From Amoebophrya sp. A120 (Eukaryota; Protista; Dinoflagellata): 64,000 nucleotides of DNA. Each line of letters opens with the position of its first letter. The first letter of the stretch is position 1. Below the pieces are notes generated by a model. That model was not told where the DNA came from, searched no databases, and was given only the letters and a program-made list of their open reading frames with translations. Shown piece after piece: positions 23,429-33,568 of the stretch. The stretch spans positions 62,001-126,000 of the forward strand of contig CAJINV010000003.1 of assembly GCA_905178155.1 (NCBI GenBank), written 5' to 3'. The position numbers were made by a program, and so were the translations under genes.

Positions 23429-26251
23429 ATGAAAAGCTCCAAGCCGTCGTCTGCTCCTGCACCGAAAAAGAACAAGAAGTGGCGCGCGCTGAAGAACCTG
23501 GGCGGGCAGGCGGTCCGCAACGCGGTGCCCAACTGCGCCTACTGCATTATGCTGATTCTGCCGCAAACCATCGACTACGTCCTGGTGGGCATTATGGCCA
23601 CGCCGGACACCCGCACCTACGCGCTCGGGGGCATCGCCCTGGGGATTTCCCTGATCAACGTTTTCGGAATCGCGCCCGGCATCGGGTTCAATCAGGCGTT
23701 AGATACGCTCGTGTCTGTCGCGTTCGGGGCGAAGAAGCACACCAAGATCTTCCACTACGTGGCCCAGGCGCAGCTGCTGATCGTGTGCTACATGCCGGTG
23801 ATCATCCTGAGCTGCGGGATCTGCGCGTCCAACATCTTTGACACCTTCGCGACGCACACCGACCCGAACGTAGCCGCGCAGGCCGTGGAGTTTCTGCACT
23901 CGCAGTTTTTATTTGTGCCGCTTTTTTTGTTCTCGGACATCGTGCGCAAGTTTTTCGCAAACGTCCGGGAGCTGCACCACATTCAGCCCTACCAGATGGC
24001 CGCGATCTGCCTCCACGGGGTCTGGGTGTATCTGTGCATCGAATTCATCTCCGGCCGCGACCACGCCGCGATGGGAGCGGGGCTCGGCACCAGCTTCACC
24101 TGGCTTTTGTTTTTCCTCGGCTATCACTTGGTGTTTCACAAGTGGTTCCGCACCTTCCGCGAGACCACCAACGCCCGCGTGCTGGGAATAAATGGTCCTG
24201 CGGTGCAACCACGGGGACAGCAACCGGCAAACTATACAGTAAACAAAAAAGCAAGTCCGCGCGGAGGTTATCATAGTGCAACTACAACTTCGATGAGCAA
24301 CAACGACAAAAGCTCGTCAAAACAGGAGGAGGAGCCGGTGGAGCAGGAGCACATATTTTTTCTCTCCAATCTGTCCGACCCGGCGGTGTACAGTGGGCAC
24401 GCGCTGTATGGAAGCGTCAGGTTTGAAATCGTCAAAGTTGAAATAGTTTGTAATGCATAAAATGCATGACCCGAGGCACGTGTGTTGCAGAGCAGGCAAG
24501 TGAGGCCGATTGTAAGCCTGTTTGGGGTTACAGCTCGAGCTGCTAAAGTAGCATGAGAAAATCGCTGTTCTTTGCCTAAACAGCATGACAAAATGGATTT
24601 AGGGACCACCGAAATTTGTCTTGCGCCACTTAGAAACTGGGTTCCGGTTGGCATCCATTTTATGCATGGCAAATTATTTCAACTTTGTCGATTTCAACTC
24701 TGACACATCCATACGCTGTATTCGTACGGCGAACTTGCCGTGCGGTCGAGCGCGAACGTGCTGACGGAGTGGGTGGCGCGCGAGATCCTGACCGTGTTGA
24801 TATCGCAGGTGTCCGCCTCGGCCATCGCCGTGCACGCCGCCATCGACGGCACCTATTCGCAGCTGTACATGATTCCGCTCGGGATTGCGGGCTCGACCGC
24901 GACGCTGGTCGGCTCCAGCCTCGGCATGCGGAAGCCGGTGCAGGCCGGCCGTTTTGCGTACGTCTCCCTCACGCTCGGGCTCGTCGCCTGGTCCCTGATG
25001 TTCGTCCTGCTCTTCGGCGTGCCGCCCTACCGGTGGCTGCCGCCGCCCTTCGCCCGCGATGCCGACACCGTGCCCCACGAGACGCTGCTCCACACCGGAC
25101 TGCAGCTGAAGATCGCGGATGTGTTCTTTCCGGCCGATATCAAAATGAAAAATCCCCCCTCCCCATATCAAAAACGAAATTTATGATGCTGTATTTGAGT
25201 ACACAAATCGACTTGTAATGCTAGAAGGCCAAGAGACGCAGCTGTGGCCTCGTTTGCAGGCAATTTGTCATGCTGTTTCCCACTTCCAGCTGCCCCCTGT
25301 CATGCTGAAGATGCAAGGCTTTCCCACGCCAACCAGCACTGCAGTCCGCATCTTTTCCCTTCTAGCATGACAAAGCTGATTTGTGACCACAAATCTGCAT
25401 CACAAATTTCTAGTTTGAGTATGGGGTGGGGGGATTTTTCCTTTTGATAGCCGAGCATAACGCCAAGGCGCTGTTTGAGCGGTGGCTGTTCTATCAAATG
25501 CAGAAGTGTCCGGGTCTGGAAAAGTGGAACTTGTAATGCGTGTCTTGCATTCCTGGAAAATCTGTGTTGCATGAGCAGCAACAGAGAAGCTTTCTTTGTC
25601 ATGCAAAAACGCAATTTGTGATGCGTGCTAGGCATCAGCAGGCGTGGTCTCAAAAACTTGTCATGCTTGGCTGCCATTGCAAGCGCTTCAATCATGCTCA
25701 ATTCAGCATCACAGGTTCATTCCAGACCCAGACATAAGTTTGCACTTGATACGTTCCGCCGCATCCTGATTTTCGCCTTCGCTGTGACCTTCTGGTGCGA
25801 CATGGGGGAGAACATTTTGCAGGGGGTGTTGCGGGCGTGCGGGCAGCAGCAGATCGCCGCATTGGTGTACGTCTGCCAACACTATTTGCTGGGACTGCCG
25901 GTCGCGGTGTTTCTGGCTTTTTCCACCGTCGGCCACGGCATCACCGAGGCATTGGTGTCGCACTGCAATCTGCTTTTCCTGGATACGTCCGTTTTGACCG
26001 ACGGCGACTTCTTCGCCCACGCCAACACCATGGAGAAAACCAGCGTGTTGGGGTTGTACGGCCTCTGGTTCGGGTTCTCCCTGGGCGTGGTCTCCGGCTT
26101 CGTCGTTTTTGTTTACTACCTCTGCGTCAAAATCAACTTCCGCAAAGAAGTAAAAACGGCGCTGCGGCGACTGGTGTGGCACTCGCGGGCGGCTGCCGTG
26201 CGGGGCAAAACTACGGACCGAAAATTGTCGGGCGCGACCGCAAAAGTTTAA
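23429..26251 (+). CDS. MATE-family transporter; exons 23429-24406, 24719-25137, 25455-25491, 25757-26251 (possible extra 5' exon ending 23220)
   Basis: ALDTLVSVAFGAK, LAVRSSANVLTEW, VGSSLG, ILQGVLRACGQQ, YLLGLPVA, GLYGLWFG are MATE motifs. Three introners are removed in frame. Confidence 0.9.
24407..24713. mobile_element. introner family D (307 bp), opposite orientation to the HSP60 copy
   Basis: TIR TATGGAAGCGTCAG..TTGAAATCG.CAAAGTTGAAATA; DR CGCTG; frame restored (HALYSYGELA). Confidence 0.92.
25138..25449. mobile_element. introner family B (312 bp), inverted relative to the 22405 copy
   Basis: Family B TIR; DR GCCGA; frame restored. Confidence 0.92.
25492..25751. mobile_element. introner family A (260 bp)
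   Basis: Family A TIR; DR TGTTC/CGTTC; frame restored (WLFRRIL). Confidence 0.9.
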
Positions 26252-27250
26252 AACGGATGAGCGACTTCATGGCACAAGTTGGACAGGTACGTAGTACGCT
26301 CTGTCTGTGTGCGTATTATATGATTGTATGCAATGGCACGGGAAGTAGATCTTTTATACGGCCGTTCTGGCGAACAAAGCACGTTGGGTGAGCTGGTCGG
26401 AGATGTTGACTGACTCTTTTGTTTCTCTTTTTTCTGCAAATGAACCTATACAATACTGAATTTTCGGGGCTTTGTGACTGTAATTTACGCTGTTGTTTTG
26501 GATATGCTGCACTAGCACTTCAAGTACTTGCTCAATGTCAATACTCTTTCTTGCGAAATGAAAGACGCACACTTTTCCTGTACACCTCGAGTCGTTTGCC
26601 TAAGCACCCAAAATTTCGGCCAGTATGAGCTCCTCACTGAGGTGGAGCTCTTTTGTGCAGATAGCGATAAATCAGTATTTTCCACCTGCTGCCCCGCTGA
26701 AAGTGTAGTTTTACACTGAAAGGACATTGGCACGACATTGCATTTTTGCGACATCAACATTTCGTATTGAACCGCGTGTCGCTTTCGGCATCATGGTCGA
26801 GGACTTTCTCCTCCATCTGTGACAAGAGCGCGGACGTGGTCGCTTGCACTTTAAATGTGAGCAGCACGAATTCATGCTCATTTGGTGTTGCTTTTTTTTC
26901 GCGGACGAAGTCAGTGGCGATATTCATCGATCCTGCACCGCGGTAAGGCGATTCTGCAAATGATCTCTTCTTCAAAACAAAAGCTTGACGTATGTCCACA
27001 TGTAGCTGCCGTGGCGCTTGACCCTGATGATGCAACTATCGTGGTGACGTGGGAGGTGCCAATATTCTTCCTCGGTGACGTTCGTCGTAAATGATATGTG
27101 CCCACGTTCGAGTGTGTGCTTTTTTTCCTGATAGCGAAAAGAGGATTGTAGACGTAATTAGTCGTGGTGCCTTTACTTTCTGGCTATGGCCCTGAGAAGT
27201 ACAAGCATTGACACAGAATTTTTTATCGGAAAGTAAGGAGTGCATGTATA

Positions 27251-29439
27251 ATGTCGTCGGACGAGAACAAGAAGAAAACCGCCTTGGCCGGGAGCAACAG
27301 AATTGCTTTCGCGTTCAAGAAGGAAAACAACAAGCGAGTAGTTTCCCGGCCGGCTCCCCGGAGAAGCAGGTCGAATGCGGCACCTTCTTCAGAGTTGACG
27401 GCGGTAGTGGATGGCAAGACGCGCCGGCGGAAAGAACCTCCCAGCGAAGAGGACTCCTGTAGTGGAGGGCGCCGTAGCAGCAGTGCTAAAAATAATCCTG
27501 ACACCACTCATGCCGGAAGATTATCATGTCAATCGCCCAAACCGGCGCCGTCAAAATCAAACGGATCAAATTCCTGTCGACGGTCTGATAAAGACGGCGC
27601 GGAAAATCAAATTGATCAACAACATCCCCGCGGCGAGGTGGAGCCACGATCTTCTAGTCAACTGACGAGCAGGCGGAGTTCTTTAAGTTCGAGCAGCAGC
27701 TCGTCCTCCGCGGAGTCCTCGTCTTCCGAGGAGATGAACGACGAGAAGCCTATAATCCGAGGCTACAAACGAACCACCGACTCGAAGGCGAAGATGATCA
27801 AGGCGTCCTACTTGAACAACCCGAACAAATTTATTTCGAGAAGAACCAAAAGACGGGTGGTCAGCGACGTGAGCTCGAGTGAAGATGATGTTGACAACTG
27901 CAATTCCGACAGCAGTGAGGATTGTCCCTACCAGGAGTTCGACGAAGAGTCCCTCCTCCGGCTGCAGGACCACCTCGAGGCGACCCAGGACCTCGACGGC
28001 AGGGAGGTGGACACGTCGGTATTACAATGAAAAGTGCCCCCATCCCGGAATTCGCAGAAGTTTGTCATGCAAAGTTTCCAAATGAAAGCTTTTTGTCTTG
28101 CATGAAAGGACTGCGAGCCTTTCTGATGCAGAATCTAGGTTCGCAAGGTGCCTTGTGCATAGCAGATACGGCCGCTGTTGGGCTCCTTCGCAACACAAAT
28201 TCGAGCTATTCAGCATGGAAAATTTGTGATGCTGAGATATGCAAGACGGGGAATGTTTTTATTGGAAAGATTTGCAATACAAATGGTGCCAAGGTTGGGG
28301 TGGGGGGGTTTTTCATTGTAATAATCGGAGTCGGAAAACGAACTGACGCTGGAGGAGTTTAAAGATGACTTGGCGAAGTACTGTCACCTATCAAATGCAA
28401 ATATGTCTGGGTCTGGAAGAATGCAACTTGTGATGCTGCATTTGGATTTCAAAAAAAATCTGTATTGCCTGAGCAGCAAAGGAAATGCAATTTTTGCCAC
28501 GAGGAGAGGGCATTTGTCATTCGGAATAGGCATCATCATCAAGAAACCCTCAAGAAATCTGTGATGCCAGGGCGTGCGTCACGGACGTCGCGGCTCATGC
28601 AAAACGTACATGACAAGTCTCAGAGTCTTCCAGAACCAGACAGATTTGCACTCCATATCACCGCCACGGCCTTGCCCCGGGGACGGAGAAGATGCTGCTG
28701 CGGCTGGGGGCGAAGCAGTGCCAGAAACTGCTCAACGTTCCCGTCGGCGTGGAGCTGGACCAAAGGGATTGCACCATGAAAGAGTTGCCAAGGGACAACA
28801 AGTATCCATTGCAAATACAATGTTTAAGTCGGGCAGTAGAGTGCAAGTCTGTCATGCTTGCCCGACAGTAAACAAAAGTCTCTCATGCTTGTTGCGCTAC
28901 AGTGCCACTTACTTTTCTCATGTAAGATTATAAAGGCGATCTGTCCTGCTGGCAACGCTAGACAAGGCCGCTCAGAAACTTGTCATGTGCCGCCGCGCAA
29001 CACAATCTGCGTGCCATTCGGAGAATCGCATGACAACTTTCCAGACGCAGACATGGTTGCAATGCATAACAAGTACCACAAGGGCTACTACGTCCGCGGG
29101 CTGCTGGGCGACCACGTGCCGATGGAACCGCACATGGAACTCAAGCGACCCGCGCCATTTCGGCGGCCGCCGGGCGGAGAGTTCAAGGGAGAACACGCGC
29201 GGGCTTACCAGCGCAAGGTATTAATTTGTACAACGTAGGTAAACGTGTTCTGATGTTTGGCACGCATGGAAAATTGTAAAAAACCATCTGGAGGACATGG
29301 ACATGAGCAGCGTTGATATGGCCGATCATTTGTCTGGAAATATATTTTGCGCGGTTTTTGATGTTTGTAAAAACAAATTTTGTTCACAGCAAGCCGAGAA
29401 GCAATCGAAGCGGGATCTCGTGGTGTGGCGCGAGCACAG
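27251..29439 (+). CDS. hypothetical protein, copy 1 (truncated by the assembly gap)
   Basis: Ser/Arg/Lys-rich N-terminal exon; frame continues across three introners and one GT-AG intron (29218-29389). Complete version at 37391-39957. Confidence 0.6.
28020..28323. mobile_element. introner family E (304 bp)
   Basis: TIR TATTACAATGAAAA...CCCC; DR GTCGG/ATCGG; frame restored. Confidence 0.88.
28389..28657. mobile_element. introner family A (269 bp), inverted relative to the 17712 copy
   Basis: Family A TIR; DR TCACC. Confidence 0.9.
28803..29068. mobile_element. introner, family A-related (266 bp)
   Basis: TIR TATCCATTGCAA / TTGCAATGCATA; DR ACAAG; frame restored (DNKYHKG). Confidence 0.85.
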
Positions 29440-29600
29440 TATCAAATGTAAAAATGTCTGGGTCTGGAAACTTGTGATGCTGGGTGGCGTCTCATGATGA
29501 GGCTACAAATGCTGGCTCAGCATGACAAGTTTCTGAGCTACTAGGTGTTGCCTATTCTGCATGACAAACTGCGCTTCTGCATCACAGAAAAGCGGAGCTC

Positions 29601-29700
29601 NNNNNNNNNNNNNNNNNNNNNNNNNNNNNNNNNNNNNNNNNNNNNNNNNNNNNNNNNNNNNNNNNNNNNNNNNNNNNNNNNNNNNNNNNNNNNNNNNNNN
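29601..29700. other. assembly gap (100 N)
   Basis: Run of N. Confidence 1.
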
Positions 29701-29838
29701 ATGCAGGATAGGCATGAGAGAGATCGCACAGAATCTGTCATGCTAGGTCCTGCATTCCAGGCTTCATGGGTCATGGAAAAGCTGCATGACAAATCGCGCA
29801 TTCTTCCAGACCCAGACATTTTTGCATTTGATAGTGGC

Positions 29839-32800
29839 GGGACTGCGACGATGGATTCCACCGTGCAGTTGACCAGTTTAACTCTGTCCCCTCCAACTTT
29901 GGCCGCGCGGCCTGCATCACCCCCGGGCGGAGCGACGGGTAGAGGTGTACCAGAGCACCCGATTGGTATACAGGACAACATGACAGAGACGGATAGACAT
30001 CAACTACCGGAAGATGATAGTCGCACCATTTTTGGCTTACACACGACAAAAAACCCCAACTCGCCGCAGCCCAAACAGCCGACCCGACCGGCACTACAAC
30101 TACCGCAGCAGAACGTGCCGCTACTCGAGGAACCGCTGCTGCAGCCGAGCAAGTCCCGTTCGGCGGAGATTAACAATGAGATGAACATCAATACCTTGCG
30201 ATCGAACTCCAACACTTTCCAGCTGGCCTTTGATCCGATCTCGATGAGCATGCGGCGGCCGCCGGGCGTGAGCGCGCGCATCCGCGACCCGACTTGGGAC
30301 CTGAGTCTGGACGAGAGCGTACCGTGAGGAAAAATCCCCCCTCCCCATATTCAAAACGTATGTTCCTAAAACTTTGCGATGCTGATTTGTGGCCACAAAT
30401 CCTGTCTCTCTTGCAAGAAGGCAAATCCAAAGAATTCGCCGCCTTATGGAGGCAATTTGTAATGCTGTTTCACGTACATGGCAGGCCTCTGTCATGCTAA
30501 GTGCCTACAACAAAACACCCCCCGCAGGCTGAGGCTTTGCCTGTAGTGCCTCACTGCAAGACAGGGCTGATTTGTGTGCACAAATCCAGCAACAGAAGTT
30601 TCCGTTTCAATATGGGGAGGGGGGATGTTTCACTTTGATAGAGCGACCCGAGCGGAAGCACGTACTCCCTCCGCATCCCTGTGCAGCTGGAACCCGAAAC
30701 GCTCGCGCTGCTGCAGCAGGAGCTGAAGCAGCGGGGCAATTCGGTGTTCGACCCGCGGAACAGCCTGTCCGTTGGCATAGGCGGCAGCGTAGAGGAGGAC
30801 GAGGATTCGCAGGGCAACTGGAGCAAGCGGATCCCGGAGTTGGACACGCTCGTGACCGTGTCCCCCGGCGAGATGATCGAGCTGGTGGAGGTGACGCCCG
30901 GCACCAAGTTTCCGCTGTGGGAGACGCTGCTGCGGCCGCTGGGTATCGGCCTTTTGTTCATGGGCGCCACCTTTCTGGACATGCTGGCCATGCAGTTCAC
31001 CACGCTCAGTTCCGCGACCCTGGTGGGCCGCGTTAATTCGGTCACCATCTACATCGCATCCATCTTCTTCCTCGGGGAACCCTCGGTACCCGCAAAGTGG
31101 CTGGGCGTCGCGCTCTGCCTCTCTGGATGCGTCCTCGTCCTACATTTAGACGCGGTGAGTGCAGCGGAAAGTGGTGGTAGTGGAGGGGAGAGTAGAGCAA
31201 CATCTTCTTCATCTACTTCCGATGGAACTACAGGATCGTCCTCAACACCTGGAACATCGGCTTCGAATCCAGCGTCATCTTCAAACGCGGTCCTGCAGAA
31301 GGAGTACCCCTACGCGCTTTACGGCGATCTGGCCGCCCTGTTCGCCGTGATTTTCTACACGGCCTACGCGATCACGCTGAAGAGGTTCGTGAAAACGACC
31401 GCGGACACGATGTGGACTCTTACTCTCACCTATCCTGAGTGAAAACGTCCCCGCCCCAGAGTTGTCATGCAGATTGGCAATGACAGGAACATTTGTGATG
31501 CGCTTTCCCATGATAGGCATTTCCAATCGTGTTTTGGAATTTGTCATCCTGCAAACAGGATAACAGATGGATTTGTAATGCGGCTGTCCTCGCCAACCTG
31601 CACTCCACTACGGACTGCAACTTGTCATGCCTGACTGCCAAAGCTTCTGGATTTGTGTTGCGAGATCCCGATCTTGACTTTGGGGTGCGGACGTTTTTAC
31701 ACAGGATGTCACTGGGTGCTTCTTCACGTTCCTCGGGATTCCGGGGTACTACTTTTTCGCGCCGGAGTTCATCACCGGCGCCTACGCGTCCGCGTTGATC
31801 GAGGCCTTCACCATCCCCTACCTAGTCGCGAGCTTCATGTTCCTCGGCGTGATCGGGGGGGCGGGCAGCAACTACCTCTGGGTGCGCAGCTGCCAGATCG
31901 TGGGTCCGACGATGTTATGCAATGCAAAAATGTCTGGGTCTGGAAACATGTAAACTTCTGATGCGTATTTGAGACCAGAAAAAAATCTGTCATGCATGGA
32001 CCGCAAAAGTTGCATGCTCATTTCTTGCCACCAAAAGAGGGAACTTGTCATTTGGATTAGGCATCGCCTAACCTGCTCAAAACCTGTGTTGCTAGGACTG
32101 GCATGCTAGACCTTCTGTGTCATGCACAAACAGCATCACAAGTTTCCAGACCCAGACATTTTTACAATCCATACATGCTGGCGGTCGGGTTAAACATCTC
32201 CATCCCCATCTCCATGCTGTGGGACCGGTTCGGCCGCGGCTTTGTGGAAGCAACCAGTCCGCTGAAGCTGTTTGCCGCTTCGTTAGTCGTGGTGGGCTTT
32301 TTACTCGTGATTTACATCGACACGTTAATCAACGAAGAGGAAGGAAAACAAGAAGATCAAGAAGACGAGCGCGCGATGGACGAAGCTGACCTTCGAGCCG
32401 ATATTAACGCTGCATCAGAACAACAGCCAGGGCCGCGCTTGCCCGGCACCATTCCGAGCAGAAACAGTACGTTTGAGCAACTGCGCAGCCGGACGTCGAT
32501 CGGCGTTCAGGACGACGCGGTGGCGCTGGTGTTGCCTTCCTTCCTATCGCAAGGAAAAATCCCCCCTCCCCATATTGAAGAGGTAGGTTTTCGAAAATTT
32601 GTGTTGCTGATTTGAGGTCACAAATCATGTTTGTGCTGCAAGAAGACAAGGGCAGCAGCTTCCGTCCCATTATGGAGCCGGTTTGTCATGCTGTTGAGCC
32701 AACATCACGGACGCTTTTCATGCTAAGCGCCTAAGTCAAAGCCTCTCTACTCAGGCTTGATATGGGTCTGCAGTCCTCTCCAGCAAGACAAATGCGATTT

Positions 32801-33351
32801 GTGTACTCAAATACTGCATCACAAATTTCGTTTTCGATATGGGGAGGGGGGATTTTTCTTTTTGATACTTCCCTGCAAACCCGCTGCTGAGTCCGCGCGC
32901 AGGTCGGGATGGTACTACGGATCATCATGTGCAAGGAGGGAAAAGAACTGAAGGAGAGATGGAAAATGGCGACAAAATGATGCATATCAAATGTAGAAAT
33001 GTCTGGGTCTGGAAGCTTGCCAGGTTTGTCATGCATATTTTGAAGGACTCATGATGTCTGTGATGCATGCTCTAGCATGACAGATTTTTAGAGGCCTTTG
33101 TGATGCCTCTACCGCATGAGAAATGCCCTCTCCGGGTAGCACAAACGGGAGTTCTGTTGCTGGTCATGCAATGCAAATTTTTCTAGAATCCAGAGACAGC
33201 ATCACAAGTTCCAACCTTCCAGACCCAGACATTTTTCCATGTGATAATGCAACAGGAGTCGTGCCTCGGTTTTTTCGCGGGCGCGTTGCTGCCCCTCGAC
33301 TGGAATCGTCGCGATCTCGTCCGATGGCTGCTGACGCCCTACTACCTATGA
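29839..33351 (+). CDS. SLC35F5-like transporter, 3' part, duplicate copy
   Basis: Identical to 19699-23211. Confidence 0.6.
30320..30640. mobile_element. introner family B, duplicate of 20180-20500
   Basis: Identical copy. Confidence 0.85.
31431..31708. mobile_element. introner family C, duplicate of 21291-21568
   Basis: Identical copy. Confidence 0.85.
31916..32173. mobile_element. introner family A, duplicate of 21776-22033
   Basis: Identical copy. Confidence 0.85.
32545..32867. mobile_element. introner family B, duplicate of 22405-22727
   Basis: Identical copy. Confidence 0.85.
32985..33246. mobile_element. introner family A, duplicate of 22845-23106
   Basis: Identical copy. Confidence 0.85.
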
Positions 33352-33568
33352 ACTGCAAAAGTATCGCACTAGTAGAAATTGCATTACAAATCGACTGTGC
33401 ATTACAAATTGAATTCGTAATGCGGATTTACCTTAGCAAAAAGCATAAACGCAATTAGTACGAGTACGATACTTTTGCACAGGATACTACCCCCCGTTGC
33501 CTAGTTTCCTCTCCGGGTCGACCGCCTCGTTTGACGCGCTCGCGGCCGAGACACGTAAAGCAAACACG

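Noticed and set aside
5557-26251. Calling the interrupted genes pseudogenes
   Set aside because: Apart from the elements there are no frameshifts or stops in the traced exons, and the elements are diverged (old) while the exons remain intact.
26512-27105. Minus-strand ORFs between MATE and the next gene
   Set aside because: Short, with no recognisable domain or clear start; cannot be supported without expression data.
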